From positions 1 through 56,061 of IMG/VR virus record IMGVR_UViG_3300005529_000044: a DNA stretch of 56,061 bases; one strand, given 5' to 3'. A model generated the notes under the pieces. The model had not been told where the DNA came from, did not search any database, and was given only the letters and a program-made list of their open reading frames with translations. Shown here in pieces: positions 1-8,028 of this stretch; the first letter of the stretch is position 1; each line of letters begins with the position of its first letter. The stretch is from a virus. Lineage: Duplodnaviria; Caudoviricetes. The position numbers and the translations under genes were made by a program.

Positions 1-934
1 TGGTGGCCGCAACGCCTGTGTCGGTTCGGGTCGATGTCCCGCCGTTGCGAACGGTGCACTGCCAGTTACCAGCGTTCGTCCACCCTCCGTTTGGGTCGAA
101 CTCGAGAAAAACTCCATCGGTCGGATCAGCGGCTGTGACGGAAGCGAATACACCCCAGTAACCCTTGACACTCACGATGGAGGGTAAGTTGAGGCGTGTG
201 CGAAAGTCGAAAGCGTGGAAGTTTGCCGCGGACACGAAATCAGAGAATGCTGTTCCTGCCGCTCCATCCCTCGCTGCTTTGAAAATCGTGCAGTAGTTAC
301 CGCTAGTGGCCCCTGTGTCGTACGATATCCCGGTAGCTTCTCCAGCGCTTGTCACACCCCCACCTCCGCCGCATACTGTTGCGCCGTCCTGCTGGAATAC
401 ACTCCATCCCACCGGATAGAAGTCGGTCTTCACGCCGTCGGAGTAGACGTGGGTGTACTTGGTCATGTCGAGAGGATCGAAACCGCCGCCGCTGGTTGCT
501 GGATTCTCCGGAGCCAGCAGCACGTATGCCGTGCACGTGCCCGAGCAGGGACCTACAACCTGGCCCACCACGTCGCCGCCGCTCGTGGGATAGGCGGTCG
601 AACCCGTATCGTGGCCCTTGCCGGCGGCCGTGCCTGAAATCTGGACGTAATGCTGCGCGGTGGCGGTTCCGTCCATGTCGAGCGGCACCACGCCAACCGA
701 TGCGGCCAGAGACTGGGTGTTCGGTCCGACGCCAGGTTGGCCGCCGATGATCACCCCCTTGAATCCGGCTGTGTCGCCCGCCGACATGATGACGGCATTG
801 CCGGAACTGTCCAGCTTGAAGAGCCGATTGATGGTCGTTCCGGTCGTGGTGGCATTGTTGACCGGATAGCTGATATACAGGCTCTGCGCGAAAGTCACAG
901 CAGCCAGGACCAGAAGCGTCGCCAGTGGTTTCAT
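1..934 (-). CDS. Signal-peptide-bearing fibre/receptor-binding-like protein, 5' part (runs off left edge)
   Basis: My translation: ATG at 934 overlaps the TGA of the upstream gene (ATGA). MKPLATLLVLAAVTFA|QSLYISYPV... stays open to position 1 (...WQCTVRNGGTSTRTDTGVAATT). Absent from the ORF track because it has no stop in the window. Confidence 0.8.
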   Translation of the reverse strand, partial: MKPLATLLVLAAVTFAQSLYISYPVNNATTTGTTINRLFKLDSSGNAVIMSAGDTAGFKGVIIGGQPGVGPNTQSLAASVGVVPLDMDGTATAQHYVQISGTAAGKGHDTGSTAYPTSGGDVVGQVVGPCSGTCTAYVLLAPENPATSGGGFDPLDMTKYTHVYSDGVKTDFYPVGWSVFQQDGATVCGGGGGVTSAGEATGISYDTGATSGNYCTIFKAARDGAAGTAFSDFVSAANFHAFDFRTRLNLPSIVSVKGYWGVFASVTAADPTDGVFLEFDPNGGWTNAGNWQCTVRNGGTSTRTDTGVAAT

Positions 935-2154
935 GATGGCCTCACTAGGGTAAAGTTGTAGGTCGTGCTCGGCGGATCGTTCGCGGTGCCGGTGAGATTG
1001 CAGACCTGTAGGCGGGCGTTTCCGTAGGCCGTGACCTTGGCTTCGGGAAAGACGCCATCCGCCAGTGCCGCCCCGTTCACGTACACGCGGTCGCCTGGAA
1101 ATGCATCCTTGACCGCAACGTCGACGGCTGTGCATGCTCCGTTCGCCGTGCTCGCGATATCGGCGACGGCGGATGCGTAGCCGATGTGGATGACCGAGAG
1201 CCCGTAGGGAACCGAACCGGATCCGGACCCCGCCGGCGCGGAGCAGCCGCTTGAGGCGTCGCTTAAATCCGCGCACCCCATTGTCCCGACCGTAAAGGGG
1301 CTGCCCGGCGAGGTTTGCTTCACCACCTGTGAGGTGCCGCCGGTGGCCGAGAAGTCCGTGGTGCCGCCAGGCAGAGTGAGAACGCTATTGCTGCCGGCAT
1401 TGGCGGCCGGCTTGATCTTGAGGGATCCGCTGTTCGCCCCTGGCAGATCCACGGACCCGCCATTCACCCCGGTCACGACCAGGTTGCCGAGCACCTGCGC
1501 GTTCGTTCCGTCCCAGACAAAGGTCTGATGCGAGCAGGCGTTCGCTGTCGTGTCGATGTCGCCGTGATTCGGGATGGTCGTCGGCCAGACAAAGGTGCGT
1601 CCGCCGGTGGCGTCTTCGCAGACATTGAAGGTCAGTAACTGGCCCGTGGAAGCGCCGGCCAGCGTACTTGAGGTGACGTTACCGGTCAGTGTGATCAGGA
1701 AGGACGTCGCTGTATTGGACGCCGCGGTGAAGGTCGGTGTGGCGCTGTAGGGGACCGTGGTGTACCCGGCCGGATTGCCCGACCCGCCGCCTCCCCCGCT
1801 CATCAGCGTCCAGGTATCGGCCGCCGTGCATCCGTACCAGTTCTGGCCGGCACTTCCGGCCGTGTTGAAAAATACCTCGCCGAGGTCACATTTGGCTGGA
1901 TTCGACGAGCCGATCTTGTGCGAGATGAATTGCCAGGCGTAGGAACTCGCTCCGGTTTGCGTGCACACATACACCTGGCTCGGGTTCGTGGCCGGGTTGT
2001 CGTAGCGCAGGTAGATCGCCCCGCGTTCTCCGGTGCTGTCGCAGGCGGTCGCAGGAGGAGCTCCGGCGCCTTCGAGGTACCGGATCGGCGGCTGGGCGAG
2101 CGCCGGAACTCCAAGTGCCAGCGTCAACCAAAATCGTTGCATGCCACGTTTCAT
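931..2154 (-). CDS. Signal-peptide-bearing tail-fibre-like protein with Cys-paired modules
   Basis: MKRGMQRFWLTLALGVPALA|Q; G/T/S-rich; P..C..GE.FF...GQN.Y.C....W module; ITLTGNVTSSTL...DATGGRTFVWP segment typical of phage fibre domains. Confidence 0.75.
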   Translation of the reverse strand: MKRGMQRFWLTLALGVPALAQPPIRYLEGAGAPPATACDSTGERGAIYLRYDNPATNPSQVYVCTQTGASSYAWQFISHKIGSSNPAKCDLGEVFFNTAGSAGQNWYGCTAADTWTLMSGGGGGSGNPAGYTTVPYSATPTFTAASNTATSFLITLTGNVTSSTLAGASTGQLLTFNVCEDATGGRTFVWPTTIPNHGDIDTTANACSHQTFVWDGTNAQVLGNLVVTGVNGGSVDLPGANSGSLKIKPAANAGSNSVLTLPGGTTDFSATGGTSQVVKQTSPGSPFTVGTMGCADLSDASSGCSAPAGSGSGSVPYGLSVIHIGYASAVADIASTANGACTAVDVAVKDAFPGDRVYVNGAALADGVFPEAKVTAYGNARLQVCNLTGTANDPPSTTYNFTLVRPS

Positions 2155-3350
2155 AGCAGCGGCCTCCAGGCGTAGGTATCGGCCGAATCTTTGAGGCAGA
2201 TCCGGAGCGTGTCGGCGACGCCAGCGCCTCCTTGGACCACCGTATATTTGCCGCGGGCCGAGCTGTCGCAGGTGCCCTCAGCCTGGTTGGCGATCGTCGG
2301 TCCGGTGATCGTCGGAGCGCTTAGGCTCGGCGTTATGATCGTCGGACTGGTCTGAAACAGAGCCGGCCCGGATCCGCTCTCATCGCTCAGAACGCCGGCG
2401 AGCTGGGCCGAGGTCGTCGTAGCGAACACGCTCAGATTGTTGGCGACGTAGGCGATGGTGCCGCCGGTGCCGAAGACGACGGTCGATCCGTCCGTGCCCG
2501 ACAAGGTCACCGTGTTTGAAGCCGTGAAGGTCTTGCCGTCTGCAATGGTGAGCGTCGCCGCGGTGGCCGGAGCGGTGATCGTGACTTTATTGACTGTGGT
2601 CGCCGTGGCCGCTCCGAGCGTCGGTGTCGTGAAACTCGGCGAGACCGCGCGCGCGATCGCGCCTGTGCCTGTGTTGGCCGTCACTGCCACGCCGTTTACC
2701 AGAAAGCTGTTGCCGGCGCCCGCCGTGTCGAACGTCTTGTTGGTCAGTGTATCGGTGGTCGCGCGGCCGACCAGTGTGTCGGTCGTGCTCGGCAGCGTGA
2801 GAGTCCCGGTGTTGACAATCGACCCGATCACCGGAGCGATGAGGGTCTTGTTGGTGAGCGTGTCGGTGGTATTCCGCGCCACGAGCGTGTCGGTGGCGTC
2901 GGGCAGCGTAAGCGCCCGCGTGCCAGTCGGCGTGCCGGTCAGTCCGATGTAGGTCGTTCCGTATATTCCGGTCCCGTAGAGGTATAGGTTGCGGACCGGC
3001 TTGAGCGTGCTGCCGATATCGATGCCGGACTGAAACAACAGCGCTGCGTTGACCGAGGTCGTCGCCAGATTATCGAGGGCCGCCGACGCGCCCCCAGCGC
3101 CGCTATTCAGTTGCTGCGTCCACACGTTCGCCGTGGCGCATTCGTAGAGGTTCTGCCCGGCGGTGGCGTCGGACTTGAAGAACAGTTCTCCCACGCCGCA
3201 GGTGCCAGGCAGGGCGGTCCCCACCTTGGTCGGCCTAGTGCTGATGGCGGCCGATGCATCCACCGCTCCGAGCGCCGAGGCGTCTGAGACGCTGCGCGTC
3301 TGCGCGATGAGCGCGGCCGCACAGAACACGAAGCTGGCAAGAACCTTCAT
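2151..3350 (-). CDS. Signal-peptide-bearing tail fibre protein
   Basis: Start re-called at MKVLASFVFCAAALIA|Q. Two DTLV.R.TTDTLTNKT fibre-shaft repeats; Thr-rich; Cys-paired modules at both ends. Confidence 0.78.
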   Translation of the reverse strand: MKVLASFVFCAAALIAQTRSVSDASALGAVDASAAISTRPTKVGTALPGTCGVGELFFKSDATAGQNLYECATANVWTQQLNSGAGGASAALDNLATTSVNAALLFQSGIDIGSTLKPVRNLYLYGTGIYGTTYIGLTGTPTGTRALTLPDATDTLVARNTTDTLTNKTLIAPVIGSIVNTGTLTLPSTTDTLVGRATTDTLTNKTFDTAGAGNSFLVNGVAVTANTGTGAIARAVSPSFTTPTLGAATATTVNKVTITAPATAATLTIADGKTFTASNTVTLSGTDGSTVVFGTGGTIAYVANNLSVFATTTSAQLAGVLSDESGSGPALFQTSPTIITPSLSAPTITGPTIANQAEGTCDSSARGKYTVVQGGAGVADTLRICLKDSADTYAWRPLL

Positions 3351-3360
3351 GGATCTGGTC

Positions 3361-3729
3361 TCAATTTGCTGGCTTGCCTTCAAGCGGTACGGCTGCGGGC
3401 TTGAGGACGCAGATGTATTCGCCCTTTTCGTTCTGTTGCACGTTGAACCTGTCCCCGCATTCCTTTTGCATCTGGGCACCAGCAGCTTGGAGCGCCTGGT
3501 AGGCCTGGGCCCGGTCGTCGACCAGCTTCCGCATGGGTTCGCTCAGCCACTCGCGAAAGGTCGCGTCCGCGCGCTGGTACGCCCCGGCGGCCTTCTCGTA
3601 GGCGTACTTGGCCGCGATACTGATCTGCGGGTCTGGCGGAGACTTGGGCTTAAACGTTCCGGTGCTGTTGTCATCCTCTGCGAGCATTGGCAGGGCCACC
3701 AGAGCCAGAATCACGATTGCGCATTTCAT
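3361..3729 (-). CDS. Small exported helical protein, possible fibre chaperone
   Basis: Start re-called at MKCAIVILALVALPMLA|E after a GGAGGAAGAG RBS. Helical middle with a C-terminal Cys pair; directly follows the main fibre gene. Confidence 0.6.
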   Translation of the reverse strand: MKCAIVILALVALPMLAEDDNSTGTFKPKSPPDPQISIAAKYAYEKAAGAYQRADATFREWLSEPMRKLVDDRAQAYQALQAAGAQMQKECGDRFNVQQNEKGEYICVLKPAAVPLEGKPAN

Positions 3730-3746
3730 CCGTTTCTCTTCCTCCT

Positions 3747-6700
3747 TCAGAAAGCTGATAAAGCCGCCCGGAAGCGGGCCCCGCCGAGGCAGACCACGAC
3801 GAAGTCGTCCGAGGTCACCGCCAGCCATCCGTCACTGACGCCGGCGCAGACGATGCCCGTGCTCGCTCCGGTCGAGCGCGTATAGAAATTGCCCGTCGAT
3901 CCGATCCACACGTTCGATACCAGGCCGCCCACTGGGGTGTTGAGTGGCCCCAGGAAGTACCGGTTCGAATCGATCACCGCAGTGCCGTTGACGAGGTAGG
4001 GTGCCAGGCCCGTGCCGCCGGCCATATTGATCGATCCGCCGGCGGAGATATCGCCTTGCCCGTTGACGATGAATGCGCCGCCGTTGGCGGTGTAGGCGGT
4101 GGTGAGGCCCGTCACGGTGGAGTTGAAGGCCCCGCCGCTCGCTACGACGTTGACGAACGTGGCGTTGCGGCTCGTATCGATGACGGTCGTACCTCCGACG
4201 CGGTAGGTTCCGCCGTCGAGCGTTCCGGAAAAATCGGCGTCCTGCGTCCATAGCTTCAGCCAGCGGCCGCCCAGATTCGATCCGAGACTGTAGGTCGCGT
4301 TCAGCGACGGCGTGAGCGACCCGGTGACGGTCTGGGAAATGTCCAGCTCCCGGACCCAGGCCTTTCCCCACCGGAAGGCCGAGCTACCGAGAGTGTACAC
4401 GTTGGCGGCCTGTGGGTTCACGTTTCCGTTGAAGTTGAAGAGCGTGGGATTGCCTCCGGAGAGCCGATCGTCCACCTGCAGCACGTAGGTTCCGGAGGAA
4501 TTCCGGAGTCCGACGACGTGAATTACCCCGCCGATCCCTTGTCCCATCGTCCAGTCGAAGAAATCGCTGACGGCGTCCGGCGTGCCGAGTTGGGTTCGTA
4601 GGAACCCGGCATCCACCGTTCCGCCGAAGTTGCCGTTCCGGAAGTATGCCGCGCCCCCGCTGTTCAGGCCGACATCGTTGGTCGTCGCCCCGGCCAGGCT
4701 GGCGGTCGCGCCGAAATTCTGCTGGCTGGTGAAGCTGTTGGTGATGTTCGTCCCGGCGATGATGTAGCTTGCGTTCTGTGGCGTGAGTGTGCGCTCCGTC
4801 GCGGTGCTGAATCCGTCCACCTCGAATCGCAGGAGTTTGGTGGCATCCAGGTTCCCGCGAACGATGTCTGTTGTATCCGGAACCGGCAAGCCGCCGCCGG
4901 CGCCGCATCCGCTACACGTCCCGGTCACGTCCAGGTCCGTCGCATAAATCTTGCGGATCCGCAGCGCGCTCGATCCGATGTCGTACGCATTCGTGGTCTG
5001 CGGCTGGATGTGGCCGAGGAATTGGAATAGCGTCGGGTCACCGGCGTTTCGACGGTCATCGATGTTGAGCACGTACTGGCCGCTCGAATTCCGGAGTCCC
5101 ACCACGTGCTGGACCCCGCCGATCCCCTGACCCATCGTCCAGTCAAAGAAATCCGTGGGCGCATCTGGAGTGCCGAGCTGCGTCCGCAGAAAGGCGGCGT
5201 CGACCGTGCGGCCAAAATTGCCGTCGCGGAAATACTTGCTGGCGAGCGCTTGGCCCACGTCGGCCACGGCGTCTCCGGCCAGGCTCGCAGTGTGCGTTTG
5301 CACCTGCGAAAACGTCTGCGCAATGTCCGTGCCCGCAATGGTGTAGCTGGCATCCTGCGGCGTCAGCGTCCGCGTGGTCGCCGTGGTGAAACCGTCTACC
5401 TCAAACCGCAACAGTTTGGTGGCGTCCGTCGATCCCTTGACCACGCTCGTCGTATCGACCACCGGCAGTCCGCCGCCTGATCCGCAACCGGTACACGTGC
5501 CGTTCACGGTGAGGTTGCCGACGATCAGGTTGCCGTTGCCGCCCATGTTGTCCCCGATCCGCAGCGTGCTGGCGGCGCTGCGAAACAATTGAGTGTCAGC
5601 CACCGGGAACGAGGCGAGATTCACGCCGCTATACCACAGGATGTAGGCATCCGAACTCATGTTGTAAGTCAGCGCCTGCGTGAGCGTCTTGACGGAGCCG
5701 CCGTTCACCGTATAGAGGCCGCCGCCCGCAAAGTAGGCCGTGCGGGTGCCCGCGTTATCGAGGAAGTCGACCACGGAATTGCCGGACTGGCTGGCGCCGT
5801 CCTGGATGGTGAGCGACGTAACCCCCGTGCCGGCCGTTTGATTCTTGAGCTTGAGAGAGCTGACCGCGTAGTTGGTCGAGGACAGGAAAACGTTGTTGTT
5901 CGCGTCGAGCGTCCACATGCTCGAGCCTCCTCCGCCCGTGCCTTTTGATTCGATCTGAACCAGTCCGGTAAACGGCGGATTGAAGCTGAAGACGAGGTCG
6001 CCTGACGTATTCCGCGTGTAAGAGCACAGCACGGCCAGCCTGGGCGTGGCGCTGTCGAAGCAATATGCTACGGGCAGCGTTCCCTGCCCGTGCGTAAGCG
6101 CCAACACGGTGAGCGACGTAGCCGAGGTGACCGTGGTCGTGTAGGGCGTGCCGGTGCCGCCGCCGCCCGAGCCGCATGTTTGAATCGACAGGTTTCCGGC
6201 GCCGTCGTCCGTCCAGCACCCTGCTTGGCTTTGGGAGGGCAACTTCCAGGTGACGTCGGCCGTCGCGGAATTGGGCGCGGAGAATCCGACATAATGCGCG
6301 GTCGCCGCCTGGTCCCGGAATCGCAGGTAGCCCGTGACGATCTCGTTTCCGGTCACCTGCAATTTTTGGCCGGTGGTGGGCGCTCCGCCCACTCCGACGT
6401 TTCCGGCAGAGTAGTAGATGTCGCTGCCCGAGATCACCCAGGGCTGCGTCCCGCCGCCACCCCCGCCGCCCGAACCGGACACGTTATCGACGGTCCAGAC
6501 GACGGCGCCCTGCGCGGTTCGCAGCTCGAGCTTATAGAGCGAACTTGACGAGAGCCAGATATCGGCGCGGCCCGCTCCGTCGAGGATGACCGGATTTGAA
6601 TTTGCCACGCTGGCACTCGAACTGGTGTAGGTGGCAAGCGGCGTGGTCGTGCCCGCCACGTAGGAGTAGAGCAAGCCTCCCACGATCGGGTTGCCGTTGT

Positions 6701-6815
6701 TATCGAGCCCGGTGAATTTGGGAGGCGGCGCGAGCGTGGCCTGGCCGGAGACGGCCGCCGCGAGCAGAATGGCTAGTCCGGCGGTGCGGGCGAGCCTGAA
6801 AAGCTCTTTTCTCAC
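3747..6815 (-). CDS. Main tail fibre (1022 aa) with podophage virion-attachment N-domain preceded by a signal peptide
   Basis: MRKELFRLARTAGLAILLAAAVSG|QATLAPPPKFTGLDNNGNPIVGGLLYSYVAGTTTPLATY...NPVILDGAGRADIWL...YKLEL...VWTVDNV. Gly linkers, internal duplication, and P..N.TY.LGS...RW..LW fibre repeats. Confidence 0.88.
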   Translation of the reverse strand: MRKELFRLARTAGLAILLAAAVSGQATLAPPPKFTGLDNNGNPIVGGLLYSYVAGTTTPLATYTSSSASVANSNPVILDGAGRADIWLSSSSLYKLELRTAQGAVVWTVDNVSGSGGGGGGGTQPWVISGSDIYYSAGNVGVGGAPTTGQKLQVTGNEIVTGYLRFRDQAATAHYVGFSAPNSATADVTWKLPSQSQAGCWTDDGAGNLSIQTCGSGGGGTGTPYTTTVTSATSLTVLALTHGQGTLPVAYCFDSATPRLAVLCSYTRNTSGDLVFSFNPPFTGLVQIESKGTGGGGSSMWTLDANNNVFLSSTNYAVSSLKLKNQTAGTGVTSLTIQDGASQSGNSVVDFLDNAGTRTAYFAGGGLYTVNGGSVKTLTQALTYNMSSDAYILWYSGVNLASFPVADTQLFRSAASTLRIGDNMGGNGNLIVGNLTVNGTCTGCGSGGGLPVVDTTSVVKGSTDATKLLRFEVDGFTTATTRTLTPQDASYTIAGTDIAQTFSQVQTHTASLAGDAVADVGQALASKYFRDGNFGRTVDAAFLRTQLGTPDAPTDFFDWTMGQGIGGVQHVVGLRNSSGQYVLNIDDRRNAGDPTLFQFLGHIQPQTTNAYDIGSSALRIRKIYATDLDVTGTCSGCGAGGGLPVPDTTDIVRGNLDATKLLRFEVDGFSTATERTLTPQNASYIIAGTNITNSFTSQQNFGATASLAGATTNDVGLNSGGAAYFRNGNFGGTVDAGFLRTQLGTPDAVSDFFDWTMGQGIGGVIHVVGLRNSSGTYVLQVDDRLSGGNPTLFNFNGNVNPQAANVYTLGSSAFRWGKAWVRELDISQTVTGSLTPSLNATYSLGSNLGGRWLKLWTQDADFSGTLDGGTYRVGGTTVIDTSRNATFVNVVASGGAFNSTVTGLTTAYTANGGAFIVNGQGDISAGGSINMAGGTGLAPYLVNGTAVIDSNRYFLGPLNTPVGGLVSNVWIGSTGNFYTRSTGASTGIVCAGVSDGWLAVTSDDFVVVCLGGARFRAALSAF
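4320..5477 (-). repeat. Tandem duplication of ~579 nt (193 aa) inside the tail fibre
   Basis: GGGLPV.DTT..V.G..DATKLLRFEVDGF.TAT.RTLTPQ.ASY...FLRTQLGTPDA..DFFDWTMGQGIGGV.HVVGLRNSSG occurs twice; anchors at 5461-5477 and 4882-4898. Confidence 0.92.
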
Positions 6816-6910
6816 ATAGCCCTCGATCAGCCTCTCGGCTGTTCCGGCCCTTACCGTCTCGCGACGTCAGGACCGCACTGGCTTTCGTAAAACAGTTTAC
6901 CCCAGAATTG

Positions 6911-7720
6911 TCATCTTCCAACTCCGACGAGCGACAGGCCTCCGCTGGGCGGGCCGGCCGGCGGGGCCGCCTCGTCGACTGCGAGAAAGACTGAGGCGCA
7001 ATCGACGGCGGTGCCCGTCGGATCGCTGGTGGCCGTGGTTCCCGTTAAGATCCGAAACTCGCCGCAGGCGTCCATGTTGCTGGCCGCGCCGCCCGCGTTC
7101 GATCCGTTACACGTGCTCGAGGTGAAATTCGTGGTCGCCGTCCACGTTCCCCCCGTGGCTCGCTCGAGCGCCGTTGCCCGCAGGAACAGATGCTCGGAGT
7201 TGGTGAGGCTGCCTACCGTCATCGATCCCGGATCTGCGGCGTCGTTGGCGAGATCCTGCGGCGTGCCGACGATCGAAACAACGTTGCCAGAAGTGATCTG
7301 GAATTCCTTCACGACGATGCCGCGCGCCGTGAGCGAGGAATGGTTTAGCGTGATGGTGCTCGTGCCGGAAGTAAGCTGCGTCGCGAGCTTGGAATAGAAC
7401 AGGCACACGGTCGCCCCGCCGGCCGCCGCGCCCTGGCCGTTGGTGAATTCGCGTAGCTTGGTCCAGGTGTTCGAAGCCGAGTCCTGGACCGATGTGCAAT
7501 CGGTGCTGTTTCCGTCCGTCGTCTGGACGTTGTCCATGCCCGCCCACAAGATCGCGACCTTGCCGGCCTCCATATTTTCGGTTGCGACGGTGCATGTTAG
7601 CGACGTGCCGGCGGTCTTCGAATTGGCCGTGCAAGTTCCAGCGTTACCCGCCCCAGTTCCCCAAGCCGCATGTGCCGGGATCGCAATGATGGCTACAAGC
7701 GCCAGGGACAGTCTTTTCAC
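6911..7720 (-). CDS. Signal-peptide-bearing beta-rich virion accessory/fibre-tip-like protein
   Basis: GTG start at 7720 after GGAG. MKRLSLALVAIIAIPAHA|AW; several Cys; C-terminal PPAGPPSGGLSLVGVGR. Confidence 0.7.
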   Translation of the reverse strand: MKRLSLALVAIIAIPAHAAWGTGAGNAGTCTANSKTAGTSLTCTVATENMEAGKVAILWAGMDNVQTTDGNSTDCTSVQDSASNTWTKLREFTNGQGAAAGGATVCLFYSKLATQLTSGTSTITLNHSSLTARGIVVKEFQITSGNVVSIVGTPQDLANDAADPGSMTVGSLTNSEHLFLRATALERATGGTWTATTNFTSSTCNGSNAGGAASNMDACGEFRILTGTTATSDPTGTAVDCASVFLAVDEAAPPAGPPSGGLSLVGVGR

Positions 7721-7737
7721 GGGGGGTTCTCCTTGTT

Positions 7738-8028
7738 TTACGTGTGGCACTCGGGGTGACATCGGCAGGCGCCCTTGCGGCAGTACACTTTGCACTTCGG
7801 GCTCTCGCCGCCAGTTCCGTCGGGCCCGCACTTGGTATCGCAGATCCCGCAGTTTTTCTTGTAGCCGAAACCGTCAGTCGCTTGGCACCAGCGCGGCTGG
7901 CCGTCATGCTGCGGATTGCCGTCGCCTTCGTAAGGCGGGATCGGGCGATCGCCCTGGCCCTGGCCGAACAGGAGCACGGCCCAGAGTAAAGCTGCGCCTG
8001 CGACTTTACATTTGCGTATAAGAGACAT
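7738..8028 (-). CDS. Small exported Cys-rich protein
   Basis: Hydrophobic leader ...AALLWAVLLFG|Q; 9 Cys in the last 50 aa. Confidence 0.65.
   Translation of the reverse strand: MSLIRKCKVAGAALLWAVLLFGQGQGDRPIPPYEGDGNPQHDGQPRWCQATDGFGYKKNCGICDTKCGPDGTGGESPKCKVYCRKGACRCHPECHT

Noticed and set aside
4320-5477. Diversity-generating retroelement TR/VR pair
   Set aside because: No reverse transcriptase in the window; both copies are in-frame coding and differences are not adenine-specific.
6700-6921. 73-aa ORF between fibre genes
   Set aside because: Overlaps the main fibre start in another frame and has no recognisable features.
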